Source of the DNA: Spirochaetia bacterium
Lineage (GTDB): Bacteria; Spirochaetota; Spirochaetia; CAKZLE01
Assembly (NCBI GenBank): GCA_963677595.1
Contig: OY782041.1
Coordinates: forward strand, 640,001 to 704,000
Direction of reading: 5' to 3'
DNA: 64,000 nucleotides
Below, piece by piece: positions 1 to 11,083 of this stretch (position 1 is the stretch's first letter; the number at the start of each line of letters is the position of its first letter). The position numbers were made by a program, and so were the translations under genes. Under the pieces are notes generated by a model, which searched no databases, was not told where the DNA came from, and saw only the letters and a program-made list of their open reading frames with translations.

Positions 1-2
1 GA

Positions 3-323
3 GCTGACCCGATAGCCGCAGCACGGGCCCTCGGTAGTGCCATCTATCATGTCCACGGCAAGGATGCTCGCATAGAGCGCGGCCTTGCCGATATCAACGG
101 GCTCCAGGAGTCCAAACATGTTACGGAATCGGCTTCCAGGACATGGAACTACGTTGCTGTGGGTTGTGGACAGAACATGCAGTGGTGGAAGGAATTCTTC
201 TCTGTCGTCGGGATGATGGGCTACGATGGGGTCGTCTCTCTTGAGATGGAAGACCTCACGATGTCCGTTGAGGCAGGTCTGCAGACCAGCATCGACGCAC
301 TGAACCAGTCGATCATCAAATAA
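3..323 (+). CDS. Sugar phosphate isomerase/epimerase (xylose isomerase-like TIM barrel), 5'-truncated by window edge
   Basis: Manual translation ADPIAAARALGSAIYHVHGKDARIE...GYDGVVSLEMED...NQSIIK*; HxHxKD and GYDGxxSxE motifs; not in the ORF track. Confidence 0.85.
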   Translation, partial: ADPIAAARALGSAIYHVHGKDARIERGLADINGLQESKHVTESASRTWNYVAVGCGQNMQWWKEFFSVVGMMGYDGVVSLEMEDLTMSVEAGLQTSIDALNQSIIK

Positions 324-387
324 CAGGCTGCCCTGATGCATATCAGGGTACAGCTGTGCTCAGAAGCAGTTTCAAAAGGAGGAACGT

Positions 388-1281
388 ATGAAAATAGCAT
401 TCGATGTGGACGTCCTGAGAAGGGACCATACCATCACCGAGATGGTGCACCAGGTCGCTGACTGGGGATTCAAGTATATCGAGCAGTCTCCGCACGACCA
501 GATCAATCCGTTCTACAAACATCCCCTCTTCTCCAGGGAAGTGGAACAGGAATACCGTAAAGCACTCAAGGAGACCGGTGTCGAGATCTCTTCGTTCATC
601 GTCGTGTATCGATGGAGCGGCCCGACGGAGGTACAGCGGCAGCATGCGGTCGCGAACTGGAAGAGGATCATTGAGATTGCCGACAGCATGGGAGTCAGGG
701 TCATCAACACCGAGCTCTCAGGGGACCCGAACCAGCAGGAAATATGCAACGGCATGTTCTTCAGGTCAATGGAGGAACTGCTTCCCCTGTTCGAGAAATA
801 TGACATCAGGATGGAGATCCAGGCGCATCCCTACGACTTCTGCGAACTCAATGACGAGACCTGCGACCTGGTGAAGTCATTCAGATCCGATAACGTGAAA
901 TATGTCTATTCGGCATCCCATGGGTTCTACTACGATGAAGGAAAAGGCGATGTGCGGCATATGCTGAACTATGCCGGTGGTGACTTGTCCCATGTCTTGA
1001 TCGCCGATACCTGGAACCATACAGCTCTTGCCGGTGCAGGCCTCAGATATATAATCAATCCCCCAGGAGTCGATGCCGTCATACACCAGCACACTGCGAT
1101 GGGTGTAGGAGAAGTCGACTTCGAAGGAATCTTCGGCACCCTCAAGGAGATGGATTTCGCAAACAGGAATTTCAAGGTCGGCGGGGACGCGATCGTCTGC
1201 GTCTCCTATTTCGGCTTCCCAGAGACCGTCGGCAAAGACGCGATCGCAGCACGAGAGAGGATCGAGAAAGAACTGCTCTAG
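388..1281 (+). CDS. iolH: IolH-like sugar phosphate isomerase/epimerase
   Basis: MKIAFD...YIEQSPH...PFYKHP, NTELSG, YIINPPG..HQH motifs; AGGAGG RBS; iol context. Confidence 0.75.
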   Translation: MKIAFDVDVLRRDHTITEMVHQVADWGFKYIEQSPHDQINPFYKHPLFSREVEQEYRKALKETGVEISSFIVVYRWSGPTEVQRQHAVANWKRIIEIADSMGVRVINTELSGDPNQQEICNGMFFRSMEELLPLFEKYDIRMEIQAHPYDFCELNDETCDLVKSFRSDNVKYVYSASHGFYYDEGKGDVRHMLNYAGGDLSHVLIADTWNHTALAGAGLRYIINPPGVDAVIHQHTAMGVGEVDFEGIFGTLKEMDFANRNFKVGGDAIVCVSYFGFPETVGKDAIAARERIEKELL

Positions 1282-1305
1282 CATGTATGGCACTATAAGA
1301 AGGTT

Positions 1306-1338
1306 ACGGGTTCCTGCTTGTCAGGAACCCGTTCTATT
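1306..1338. terminator. Intrinsic terminator hairpin between convergent genes
   Basis: ACGGGTTCCTG-cttgt-CAGGAACCCGT 11-bp stem followed by TCTATT. Confidence 0.7.
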
Positions 1339-1362
1339 TGCTTTCGGGACCCATTAAACGGT

Positions 1363-1845
1363 TCAGCTCAGTCCATTGTATTCCCGTATGGAGTCAACAA
1401 CAACCATATGGTCATCGACATGGTTCGGCAGCCCGGAGACACATATGGATCCGATACAGCCAGTCCCCCTGATGTTGATTGGATACCCGCCTCCTCCTGC
1501 CGCATAGTCATCAGGGGCCAGCTTCCGATCCTCGAGGGTCGCACCATACGCTTCAAGCCAGTATTTGAAGCGAAGGCTTGACATCTCCATCAGCTCGACA
1601 CTGTTTCGTTTCCTGACCATCCACAGCTCACTGTCCTTCCTGCTGCCGTCAGGGAAGTACCTGAACACCACCAGCCCATTGACCGTGATCTCGATGGTAA
1701 GGGGATCACTGAACCGTTCTCCTGCCTTCTTGTTGATGATCAGGGCAAGTGCCAGCGCATCGCTCCTGCTGAAGGAGGAGAACATCAGCTGCTGTTCCTC
1801 CTGTTCAAGACTCGCATTATTCAATTCCATCTTTTCAGGGATCAT
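1363..1845 (-). CDS. UPF0303/DUF336 (GlcG/HbpS-like, heme-degrading domain) protein
   Basis: WMVRKRNSV..SSL and YAAGGGGYPI...IGSICVSGLP..DDH motifs; start moved to the ATG after GGAGG. Confidence 0.8.
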   Translation of the reverse strand: MIPEKMELNNASLEQEEQQLMFSSFSRSDALALALIINKKAGERFSDPLTIEITVNGLVVFRYFPDGSRKDSELWMVRKRNSVELMEMSSLRFKYWLEAYGATLEDRKLAPDDYAAGGGGYPINIRGTGCIGSICVSGLPNHVDDHMVVVDSIREYNGLS

Positions 1846-1957
1846 ACACAAACCTCCTAATTCTGCTACGATATGGTTTACAGCACAAAAAACCTCCCAC
1901 CGGACACACCAGCAGGAGGATATTTTCATAATTAGATGAGCAGTAACTTCGTTTTGA

Positions 1958-2926
1958 TTATTTCTTACCGCCCTTCATCGACTTCGTCGTGACATCCATG
2001 ATAACAGCAACAAGGATGATCACACCCTTAAGGATCTGCTGCCAGTAGGGTGACACGTTGGTCAGGTTCAGGATGTTCTTGAGGATCCCGACGATGAGCC
2101 CGCCGACGAGCGTGCCGGCGATCGACCCCACACCACCGGAGAGACTCGTACCACCGATGACTGCCATGGTGATCGCATCAAGCTCGTAAGTGAGACCTGC
2201 AGCAGGCTGCCCTGAGTTGATTCGCGACATCAGGATGACACCGGCAAGACCGACGAGACTCCCGTTCAGGACGAAGGTCAGGATCTTCACCTTGTTAACA
2301 TTGACACCGGATGCGATCGCCGCCTCCTCATTGCCGCCGATAGCGAAGATATACCGGCCGAACCTGGTCCGCTTCGACAGGATGATCATGAGTACGAACA
2401 CGATCAGCATGATGACGACGGGGATGGGGATCCCAAGGAAGAACCCTTTACCGAACGTGCTGAACTTATCGATATCGATGATCGGGTAGCCTCCCGTATA
2501 CAGGAGGGCAAGACCTCGTGCAGCTGTCATCATGGCAAGCGTCACGATGAAGGGAGGAAGGCGGAACTTGGTGATGACCACCCCGTTGAACAGTCCCGTC
2601 GCGGCACCAGTGAGGACACCGACGATAAGGCCGATCCAGGGGGACCCGGTTGCGACGAAGGCACTCGTTCCGATGACACCCGCCAGGGCAACTACCGACC
2701 CCGAGGAGAGATCGATCATTCCAGAGATAATGACGAGAGTGACACCATACGCGATGATGACGATGATGGACATCTGCCTCAAGACATTAAGGATATTGGT
2801 AACTGTTAGGAATACCGGTGACAGGATCGTCGATATGATGATCATGAAAGCCAAGATGAACAGATATCCGTAATTCGCGAATAACTGTCTGAAAACGATT
2901 TTTCTACCAAATGTCCCTTTGCTCAT
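1958..2926 (-). CDS. Sugar ABC transporter permease (RbsC family), probably for inositol
   Basis: IDLSSGS, TRFGRYIFAIGGNEEAA, YELDAI..VIGGTSLSGG motifs. Confidence 0.9.
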   Translation of the reverse strand: MSKGTFGRKIVFRQLFANYGYLFILAFMIIISTILSPVFLTVTNILNVLRQMSIIVIIAYGVTLVIISGMIDLSSGSVVALAGVIGTSAFVATGSPWIGLIVGVLTGAATGLFNGVVITKFRLPPFIVTLAMMTAARGLALLYTGGYPIIDIDKFSTFGKGFFLGIPIPVVIMLIVFVLMIILSKRTRFGRYIFAIGGNEEAAIASGVNVNKVKILTFVLNGSLVGLAGVILMSRINSGQPAAGLTYELDAITMAVIGGTSLSGGVGSIAGTLVGGLIVGILKNILNLTNVSPYWQQILKGVIILVAVIMDVTTKSMKGGKK

Positions 2927-4431
2927 TTTTTTCCTCCCGTAGCAAGACGCATGATACTCTCCTGAGATGCATCTTTGCGGTCTATAATTCCTTTTAGTTT
3001 TCCTTCATGCATGACTGCAATCCTATCACTCATGCCCAGTATCTCCGGCAGCTCGGATGAGATCATGATGACCGCCATCCCGTTTCCAGCAAGCTCACTG
3101 AGCAGGCGGTGAATCTCTGATTTAGCTCCGACATCGATACCGCGGGTAGGTTCATCTACGATCAGCACATTGACAGGCCGCATCAACCATTTGCCGATAA
3201 CAACCTTCTGCTGGTTACCCCCGCTGAGGTTCTTCACAGCCACATCCAGGCTGTGTGTCTTGATCTGGTAGCGTTCCTTGGCAGCTTCAGCCTCTTCACG
3301 CTCATACTTCATATTGAGCAGACCATACTTGGTGAACATCTTCAGGCTTGCAAGTGAGAGGTTCTCGAGAATGGGCCGTTCAAGCACCAAACCGATGGCC
3401 TTCCTGTCCTCGGGAAGATATACCAGCCCTTTCTCGATCGCATGGTACGGCTTCGTTCCCTCGTACGGGAGTCCTTCGAGAAACATCTCCCCGGAATCCA
3501 GCGGATCAAGACCAAAGATAGCACGAGCTACTTCAGTACGGCCGGCTCCCATGAGGCCTGAGAACCCAATGATCTCACCATGTCGTACAGTGAAGCTGAC
3601 ATCCTCAAAGACGCCTTCCCTGTTCAAGCCCTTTGCCTCGAAAGCGATATCGCCGATCTCAGTCTCCATCTTTGGGAACAGGTTCGTTAACTCACGTCCG
3701 ACCATCATGGTGATCAGTTCATCCTCTGTCATATCGGTGATCGGACGGGTATCGACCCACGTTCCGTCACGCATGACCGTGATATCATCAGAGATCTCGA
3801 AGATCTCATTCAGCTTATGTGATATATAGACGAACGTGATACCTTTGGCCTTCAGATCGTTGATGAGCTGGAACAGCGTCGCGACTTCCGTCTCGGTGAT
3901 CGCTGATGTAGGCTCATCGAGTACGATCAGCGTCGACCCGCGGTTGATACCTTTCGAGATCTCGACCATCTGCTGCTGTGAGACACTCAATGTCCTCAGC
4001 GGAGCCTTCGGTGAGAAATCTCCCAGGCCGACTGATGCCAGGTAGCCTTTCGTCTCCTCGTTCATCGCCTTGATGTCAGTGAATATCTTCTTGGAATCAA
4101 GCATCTCGCGGCCAAGGAACATATTCTCGGCGATCGTCATATCAGGGACAAGGTTCAACTCCTGGTATACGGTCGAGATCCCTGCGAGGAGTGAATCCCT
4201 CGGGTTCTGGATATGGAGCAGATTCCCGTCGAAGTAGATCTCGCCGCTGTCAGGGATGTGCTCTCCGGCCAGGACCTTCATGAGGGTGGACTTCCCTGCA
4301 CCGTTCTCCCCGATGAGGGCGTGTACAGTTCCCGGTCGAACATTGAATGTAACGTTATCAACAGCTTTTACACCAGGAAATGTTTTCGTTATATTGCGCA
4401 TCTCCAATAAAAACTCTTCGTTGGCAGCCAA
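2923..4431 (-). CDS. Sugar ABC transporter ATP-binding protein (RbsA/MglA family)
   Basis: GENGAGKSTL, two ABC domains, LSGGNQQK, DEPTRGIDVGAK. Confidence 0.93.
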   Translation of the reverse strand: MAANEEFLLEMRNITKTFPGVKAVDNVTFNVRPGTVHALIGENGAGKSTLMKVLAGEHIPDSGEIYFDGNLLHIQNPRDSLLAGISTVYQELNLVPDMTIAENMFLGREMLDSKKIFTDIKAMNEETKGYLASVGLGDFSPKAPLRTLSVSQQQMVEISKGINRGSTLIVLDEPTSAITETEVATLFQLINDLKAKGITFVYISHKLNEIFEISDDITVMRDGTWVDTRPITDMTEDELITMMVGRELTNLFPKMETEIGDIAFEAKGLNREGVFEDVSFTVRHGEIIGFSGLMGAGRTEVARAIFGLDPLDSGEMFLEGLPYEGTKPYHAIEKGLVYLPEDRKAIGLVLERPILENLSLASLKMFTKYGLLNMKYEREEAEAAKERYQIKTHSLDVAVKNLSGGNQQKVVIGKWLMRPVNVLIVDEPTRGIDVGAKSEIHRLLSELAGNGMAVIMISSELPEILGMSDRIAVMHEGKLKGIIDRKDASQESIMRLATGGKK

Positions 4432-4617
4432 TTGTAACCTCCTTTTGGCAATGCAGTCTCCCCTGCTGCAGAAACAAGGTTCACTGCATCACTTCGTAGT
4501 GAATTGAACCGAACAATCTCAGCTGGGCCATCAAGATATGCCCGAAAACTCCAGGTCATGCACCTGATAGTCTAGCCCAGACTATTCAATCCAGCAGATC
4601 GGCATAGGCATGAGGGA

Positions 4618-4651
4618 GGATATGCCGGAACAGTAGTATTCCGGCATATCC
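4618..4651 (-). terminator. Strong stem-loop 3' of the binding-protein gene (mRNA stabiliser or partial terminator)
   Basis: GGATATGCCGGAA-8nt-TTCCGGCATATCC perfect 13-bp stem. Confidence 0.6.
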
Positions 4652-4680
4652 CATAACCATTTGCCTTTGGTGTTTACCTA

Positions 4681-5601
4681 TTAATCATCCGGGTTGGTCG
4701 AATCGATCGGGTAGAACGGAACGATATATCGCTGGCCGCCGCCTTCACCGTTTGCCATCATCTGGGCAACTTCAGCACCCTTGGCGCCCTGGCCCTTAGC
4801 ATCCTGGACTACAGACATGGTCATCTCACCAGCCTTGAGAGCTGAACGAGCACCATCGGTACCATCAATACCGGTGACCATCACGCCTTCAAGACGACCT
4901 GCGCCCTTCAGGGCTTCGATAGCACCAAGAGCCATCTGGTCATTTGCAGCCACGACGAGGTCGATCTCAGGGAATGCCTGGATCCAGTCTTCCATGACGT
5001 TCATACCAAGGTCTCTTCGGTAGTCACCGGTCTGGCTTGCAAGGAGCTCGATGTCAGGTCGCTTGTCGATCAGGTTATCCATGACAGCACCTTTTCGTGC
5101 GATCGAGTGCTCCATTCCTGGTGAACCTTCAAGGATCACGACCTTACCACCTTGTGGGACCTTGTCAATGAAGTAGTTTGCCTGGATAAGACCAGCATCA
5201 TAGTTCATACTACCGACATATGCGTACATAGGTCCTTCGTAGTTACACTCTGAATTGACACCGACAACGGGGATACCGGCTTCGATCGCTTCCTTCACTA
5301 CAGGCACAAGGGCTTCAGCATCGAGGAAACTGATTGCGATGACATCGACCTGCTGGGAGATGAATGTCTCAACGGCAGCGACCTGCTGGGCTGTATCCAG
5401 GTTAGGGTCGATCACATTGACCTTCATACCGAGAGCCTCTGCAGCTGCTACGAACTCATTCTTCAATCCATTCTGGAACACATCAGCAGCACCATGGAAC
5501 GTATACCCTACTGTGAGCGTACCATCGTCTTTCTGACCTTGAGCGAACACCCCACCCGTAACCAGTACGAGCACCACAAGAACAACTAAAAACTTTTTCA
5601 T
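4681..5601 (-). CDS. Sugar ABC transporter substrate-binding protein (RbsB family)
   Basis: Signal peptide ending VFAQG; AANDQMALGA, GIDG motifs. Confidence 0.9.
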   Translation of the reverse strand: MKKFLVVLVVLVLVTGGVFAQGQKDDGTLTVGYTFHGAADVFQNGLKNEFVAAAEALGMKVNVIDPNLDTAQQVAAVETFISQQVDVIAISFLDAEALVPVVKEAIEAGIPVVGVNSECNYEGPMYAYVGSMNYDAGLIQANYFIDKVPQGGKVVILEGSPGMEHSIARKGAVMDNLIDKRPDIELLASQTGDYRRDLGMNVMEDWIQAFPEIDLVVAANDQMALGAIEALKGAGRLEGVMVTGIDGTDGARSALKAGEMTMSVVQDAKGQGAKGAEVAQMMANGEGGGQRYIVPFYPIDSTNPDD

Positions 5602-5809
5602 AGAACCTCCTAAAGTTTTTCGTATCGGCTTTTCCCCGATACATTGTTTTCTGTTAAATATTATTATTACATCAAATTAGTCAGTTGTCCAGTATTTTCT
5701 GATTGTCTGAACATCTGATTAATAGATATAAAAATATCTTCCCTATCTTTTTCTACCGAAAAAGAATACTTCTCAATCTTACCTGTATGTTAGGAAGGAA
5801 ACCTCAGCA

Positions 5810-6817
5810 TCATGCATAGAATTCCGGCATCTTCTCCACTGACATCTGAACGATTGCGCCGCTTTCCCTTGCCTGGGAACATAACTCTGCATTCTTGGAA
5901 GCGAGATACCCATCCCAGGAGTTGGGGCCGTCTACCCTGTCTGCCTTACTGGAATTGATCCAGGCCTGAAGCTCGGTATCATACGCATCAGTGAAGCGCA
6001 CCCTCCAGTCTTCAGGGATGGCTACTGATTCGTAGAAATCGAACTTGATCGTCGGGGTAGCAGGGGTCGGCAGGTTCACTGTACCGTTCTCACAGCAGAC
6101 CTCAGTCTTGATATCATATCCGAAGTTATTGGCAACGAAGATCTCAAGGTCGATCCTGATCCCGGATTCAGTCTCAAGCAGCAGGATCTGCGGGTCATGC
6201 AGTTTTGCATGGGCATTCCGGTTCTTCTTGGGCATGATCACCTGTGCAGAGACATACTCCTCACCAAGGAGCCATCTAAGCACATCAAGCTCATGTACTG
6301 CAGTATTCTCGATCTCCATCTCGGTAGTGTACATGTCAGGGACTGCAGCATTCCTGTGTGCACAGTGCAGCATCAGCGGTTCCCCGAGTCGACCTGAATC
6401 GAGGATCTCCTTCAGCTGGGTATATGATTTATCATATCTTCTCATGTAACCGACCTGGACAAGCTTCTTCCCGCCGGCGATCTCTGCATCGACGATACGA
6501 CGTGCCCCGTCTGCCTTGTCGGCGATCGGCTTCTCACAGAATACGTACTTCCCTGCTTTCAGGGAGGCCATGACATACTGTTCATGGGTCGGGTCCCAGG
6601 ATGTGATGATGACCGCATCGATACCATCATCCGCGATCATTGCTTCCCCGTCCTCGAACACCTTGAGGTCCCACTCGGATGCTATCTTCTTCGCATTCTC
6701 GATATTCACATCGCTGACTGCTACGACTGTACCACCCTGAAGTCGGGCATTGATCCGCTCGATATGTGATTGACCGATCATCCCGGCCCCTACGACGCCA
6801 ATTCTCAAATCACTCAT
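5810..6817 (-). CDS. iolG: myo-inositol 2-dehydrogenase
   Basis: GAGMIG, CEKP, QVGYMRRYD, HCAHRN, AVHELD, GPNSWDGY motifs. Confidence 0.9.
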   Translation of the reverse strand: MSDLRIGVVGAGMIGQSHIERINARLQGGTVVAVSDVNIENAKKIASEWDLKVFEDGEAMIADDGIDAVIITSWDPTHEQYVMASLKAGKYVFCEKPIADKADGARRIVDAEIAGGKKLVQVGYMRRYDKSYTQLKEILDSGRLGEPLMLHCAHRNAAVPDMYTTEMEIENTAVHELDVLRWLLGEEYVSAQVIMPKKNRNAHAKLHDPQILLLETESGIRIDLEIFVANNFGYDIKTEVCCENGTVNLPTPATPTIKFDFYESVAIPEDWRVRFTDAYDTELQAWINSSKADRVDGPNSWDGYLASKNAELCSQARESGAIVQMSVEKMPEFYA

Positions 6818-7009
6818 AATAACCACCATCCTTTTAATGTCTTATTATCATATAATGGAAAATACGAATTGTCCATCTTTATTTCTAAAAAGGAAATCTC
6901 GTAATCAATCTCACCTGTCAGGAACAAGCTTATGGGATAGTCTGGGATCCCCAGGGCGGCTGAGGACCCAGCTATCGTTAGATGATCATGAAAAACAGGC
7001 TCACAGAGA

Positions 7010-8944
7010 TCAATACTGACGTGCCTTGTCAATATTCTCTTTCATCTCCTTGAATGCCTTCTGGACTGATTCGGAACGTGATACCTCTGCAGTACCAACC
7101 CTCCACCAGCCCAGATATCCGTTCGACATGGTCTTGGGAAGGACTTTTACATCGATGAGCGTCGATACCGTCTGTGTCTTCGCATCACGAAGGGCCTCTA
7201 CCAACTCCTGCTCACTTTTCACGGTGTAGGTCTTACATCCGTAAGCCTCAGCACTCTTGGCGAAGTCTATGGCAACCAGGGAGCCATCGAGCTTGCCTGT
7301 CTTCGGGTTTCTATGCCGCATCTCTGTCCCGAAACTACCGGATCCATTCTCCATCTGCAGGTTGTTGATGCAGCCGAAACCGATGTTGTCGAACAGGACG
7401 ACATTGATCTTCTGCCCCTCCTGCACGGAGGTGATCAGCTCAGAATGCAGCATGATATACGATCCATCACCGACAAAGGCATACACCTCTTTATCCGGTC
7501 TAGCCAGCTTTGCGCCTAACGTTGCCGCGATCTCATATCCCATGCAGGAATACCCGTATTCCATATGGTAGGTGTCAGCCTGCTTTGGCCTCCACATTCG
7601 CTGCAGGTCACCCGGCAGGCTGCCTGCGGCACCAACTACGATCGCATCGTCATCGAGTTCGGCATCAAGGATTCCCAGGACCCTTGTCTGGGTCAGTTCG
7701 GACCCGAGGACCTCTGCATACTCTGCAAGTTCCTCATCAAGGTCGCCGGGGATCTCAGGGATGAAGTCCCCATCTCTCTTGATGCTGTAAAGTCTCTGGA
7801 GTTCATCAGCCCACTGCTTCCGGACCGTGTCGATATAACTTCGTTCGTAGGAGCTCTTCCAGCCTTCAGCCTTCAGTGCTTCCCTCAGGGCGATCAGGGA
7901 TTCTTTTGCATCCCCTACTACCTGGACAGCATCCAGTTTATATGCATCGAAACTGCAGATGTTCAGGTTCACATATTTGACGTCCGGATTCGAATAGATC
8001 CATTTCGAGGCAGTCGTGAAGTCAGTGTAGCGGGTCCCGACACCGATGACCAGGTCGACCTCGTGGGCGATGGTATTGGCAGCCAGGTTCCCGGTCGTCC
8101 CTACTCCTCCCAGATTCAGGTAATGATCGAAGGGGATAGCACTCTTCCCTGCCTGCGTCTCTGCGAACGGGATACCGAACTCTTCCGCGAAGGCCTGGAA
8201 CTCGGCAGCTGCCTCAGAGTAGCGGACTCCGCCTCCACAGATCAGCATGACCTTCTTCCCCTCTTGTATGCGTTTTGCAGCAGCTTCGATCGCAGCCGCT
8301 ACCGGCGGCCTCCGTTCGATCCGGTGCACCCGGCGCTGGAAGAAATGTTCAGGGTAATCATAAGCTTCTCCCTGCACGTCCTGCGGGAGGGCGATGGTGA
8401 CAGTCCCAGTCTCAGCAGGGTCTGTCAACACACGCATCGCACTGATCGCAGCAGACATGAGCTGCTCAGGCCTGGTGACTCTGTCCCAGTATTTACTGAT
8501 TGCCCTGAATGCATCATTCGTCGAGATGGACAGGTCAGACGGCTGCTCCATCTGCTGGAGGACAGGGTCAGGCTGGCGGGTAGCGAACACGTCTCCCGGC
8601 AGCAGGAGCAGCGGTATCCTGTTCGCTGTTGCGGTAGCGGCTGCCGTCACCATATTGGCTGATCCCGGACCGACCGAGGCTGAACAGGCAATGATCTGTC
8701 GTCGATGGTTCTGCTTGGCGAAACCAGTGGCGATATGGGCCATTCCCTGTTCATTACGTCCCTGGTACATGATCAGGTCGCCTGGGTTCTCTTCCAGGGC
8801 CTGGCCGATTCCTACGACGTTCCCGTGACCGAAGATCGTGAAGACCCCCTTCACGAATTTCTGCTGTTCTCCGTCAAACTCAACATACTGGTTGTCAAGG
8901 AATCGTATAAGTGCTTGAGCGACTGTTAATCTTACTGTTTTCAT
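7010..8944 (-). CDS. iolD: 3D-(3,5/4)-trihydroxycyclohexane-1,2-dione acylhydrolase
   Basis: [40 protein letters not shown] ThDP motif. Confidence 0.96.
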   Translation of the reverse strand: MKTVRLTVAQALIRFLDNQYVEFDGEQQKFVKGVFTIFGHGNVVGIGQALEENPGDLIMYQGRNEQGMAHIATGFAKQNHRRQIIACSASVGPGSANMVTAAATATANRIPLLLLPGDVFATRQPDPVLQQMEQPSDLSISTNDAFRAISKYWDRVTRPEQLMSAAISAMRVLTDPAETGTVTIALPQDVQGEAYDYPEHFFQRRVHRIERRPPVAAAIEAAAKRIQEGKKVMLICGGGVRYSEAAAEFQAFAEEFGIPFAETQAGKSAIPFDHYLNLGGVGTTGNLAANTIAHEVDLVIGVGTRYTDFTTASKWIYSNPDVKYVNLNICSFDAYKLDAVQVVGDAKESLIALREALKAEGWKSSYERSYIDTVRKQWADELQRLYSIKRDGDFIPEIPGDLDEELAEYAEVLGSELTQTRVLGILDAELDDDAIVVGAAGSLPGDLQRMWRPKQADTYHMEYGYSCMGYEIAATLGAKLARPDKEVYAFVGDGSYIMLHSELITSVQEGQKINVVLFDNIGFGCINNLQMENGSGSFGTEMRHRNPKTGKLDGSLVAIDFAKSAEAYGCKTYTVKSEQELVEALRDAKTQTVSTLIDVKVLPKTMSNGYLGWWRVGTAEVSRSESVQKAFKEMKENIDKARQY

Positions 8945-9030
8945 AGAGCCTCTCCAGTGAATTATCTGTATGTCCTATCATCATACAATCGGATAGTCGA
9001 TATGTCCACCTTTATTTTCAGATATTCTGC

Positions 9031-9840
9031 TCAATGATCGTACTTAGCTGTCCTTGCGACTATTTTGGGGTGAACAGCCCTTACATCGCCTCCTTCCTCT
9101 GGAACAGCAATCCCAAGAAGATGCAGTATTCGGTCGAAATGGTCCCAATGGCGTTTCATCGCCATATCAGTCGGCTGGTTCTCCAGTGAGTCGATCATCT
9201 GCGCATGATCCTCAGCAACTGCACCGAGATCATTGATCTTCAGGTAGGTAAGCAGTATCTCGTTCGTCAGGAAAGCCTGCAGGGTATGATACATGCCTAC
9301 GAAGAGCCGGTTCTTCCCTGCCTCGATGATCGTCTCATGGAATGAGTAATCGGCTTGGACCATCTGGTCGACCTCACCGGTCTCTGCGATTTCCCGCATA
9401 TGGTCGATGATCTCCCGCAGCTTAGCAAGGCTCTCGAGAGCAGCTGGTTCCTTCTGCCCAAGATCCTGGATGAAATGGCGGAAGGAGATGAACTCAATAG
9501 CCTCGCGGAGTTCATAGACATCCCGCATATCGTCTTCACCGAGCACGAGGGCCCAAGTGATGGCTTCAAGGGAAATATTCGCCCGGTCCTGGATGAAGGT
9601 ACCTTTTGCTGCCTTGGATTCCACGACCCCGAGATGGTGGAAGACCTTCAGTGCTTCCCGGATAGAGGATCTGCCGACCTGGAACATCTCGGCAAGTTCC
9701 TGCTCGGTTGGCAGCCTGTCACCGGGTTTATATGTCCCTGAAGCGATAAGCTCCTTGACCCGGTCCATCACCTGTCCCACGACCGTATTCTTGTGAATCG
9801 GTTTTTGGATAATGTTCTTTCTGTCTGTTCTTGTGTTCAT
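9031..9840 (-). CDS. GntR/FadR-family transcriptional regulator (likely iol regulator)
   Basis: PGDRLPTEQELAEMFQVGRSSIREAL winged HTH plus FCD domain (ADYSFH). Confidence 0.9.
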   Translation of the reverse strand: MNTRTDRKNIIQKPIHKNTVVGQVMDRVKELIASGTYKPGDRLPTEQELAEMFQVGRSSIREALKVFHHLGVVESKAAKGTFIQDRANISLEAITWALVLGEDDMRDVYELREAIEFISFRHFIQDLGQKEPAALESLAKLREIIDHMREIAETGEVDQMVQADYSFHETIIEAGKNRLFVGMYHTLQAFLTNEILLTYLKINDLGAVAEDHAQMIDSLENQPTDMAMKRHWDHFDRILHLLGIAVPEEGGDVRAVHPKIVARTAKYDH

Positions 9841-9924
9841 GCTGCATGTTATCCTATTTGTGAAATATGGAGAAATTCTCCTAGTAAGATTTCACTACAT
9901 AATTCCCGAACTGTCAACTATTAT

Positions 9925-9935
9925 TTGTCAGACAA
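9925..9935. promoter_or_regulatory. Candidate FadR-type operator TTGTCAGACAA
   Basis: Perfect 11-bp palindrome in the gntR/iolE divergent intergenic region. Confidence 0.55.
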
Positions 9936-10044
9936 TAACACTAACACGCAAAAGATCGTGGATTCTACTACCTTTAATAGTGTTCACTCTCGTTTACCCA
10001 AGGTGAGCTTCGCCTTGTTCCGGCACGGTAATTTTAAAAAAAGA

Positions 10045-10073
10045 TTGCATTTTTAAATGTATTGTCATACTAT
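10045..10073 (+). promoter_or_regulatory. sigma70-like promoter of iolE
   Basis: TTGCAT-N17-TACTAT; overlaps the operator-like TTGTCATACTA. Confidence 0.55.
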
Positions 10074-10146
10074 ATGATAATACTTGCAAAGCGAGAGCTT
10101 CTTCGGTATCTCTTAGGATAACAATATGGAGAAAGGGAGATATACA

Positions 10147-11052
10147 ATGATTACACTTGACAGCAGTAAGGTTCACCTTGCCTGTGCGCCTATCGCATGG
10201 ACCAATGATGATATGCCCGAACTAGGCGGGAAGAACACCTTTGAACAGACGATCAGCGAGATGGCACTTGCCGGGTTTTCCGGCAGTGAAGTCGGTGGAA
10301 AGTACCCGACAGACAGTGCCATCCTGAACAAGGCTCTCAGTCTGAGGAACATGACCATCTGCAATGCATGGTTCTCGACGGAGTTCACCTCGAAGCCGGC
10401 TGAAGAGACCTACCAGGCATTCACCAAATGGGCTGAATTCCTCAAGTCAGTAGGTGCCCGGGTCATCGGGTGCTCTGAACAGGGAAACTCGATACAGGGG
10501 ACATCAAAACCGGTGTTCTTCGAGAAGCCGGTGTACACCGAGGAAGAATGGGATCGCGTAACCAGCGGTATGAATCGCCTTGGGGCGATCGCCAAGGACC
10601 TGGGAATGAAGTGCAGCTTCCACCATCACATGGGGACCGGGGTCCAGACGCCGAGTGAGATAGATCGGTTCATGGATATGACTAACGATGATGTGTACCT
10701 TCTCTTCGATTCAGGTCATCTGATGTACTCGGAGCAGGACCCAAATGCGGCATATAAGGTCCTGAACACCTATGTGGACAGGGTAGCCCATGTGCACCTG
10801 AAAGACTGCCGGATGGAATTGGTGAAACGGGTCTATGATGAGCGTCTCAGCTTTCTTGACGGCGTCAGGATGGGAACCTTCACGGTCCCTGGGGATGGGG
10901 ACCTTGATTTTGACCCGATCTTCAAGACGCTCCAGGAAGCTTCGTATGAAGGCTGGATGGTCGTTGAGGCTGAGCAGGACCCTGATATAGCGAATCCCTT
11001 CGAGTACGCACTCAAGGCCCGCACCTACATCAGGGAGCATGCCGGACTGTAG
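10147..11052 (+). CDS. iolE: myo-inosose-2 dehydratase
   Basis: APIAWTNDDMP, HHHMGT, HVHLKD, FTVPGDG, VVEAEQDP motifs. Confidence 0.95.
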   Translation: MITLDSSKVHLACAPIAWTNDDMPELGGKNTFEQTISEMALAGFSGSEVGGKYPTDSAILNKALSLRNMTICNAWFSTEFTSKPAEETYQAFTKWAEFLKSVGARVIGCSEQGNSIQGTSKPVFFEKPVYTEEEWDRVTSGMNRLGAIAKDLGMKCSFHHHMGTGVQTPSEIDRFMDMTNDDVYLLFDSGHLMYSEQDPNAAYKVLNTYVDRVAHVHLKDCRMELVKRVYDERLSFLDGVRMGTFTVPGDGDLDFDPIFKTLQEASYEGWMVVEAEQDPDIANPFEYALKARTYIREHAGL

Positions 11053-11083
11053 CCCGGCCCAGAAAAAAAGGAAGGAGTAACGA

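Noticed and set aside
7565-8662. 365-aa plus-strand ORF, and similar long antisense ORFs at 35818-36843, 50606-51667 and 60553-61746
   Set aside because: Shadow ORFs opposite well-supported genes in GC-rich DNA; no recognisable motifs
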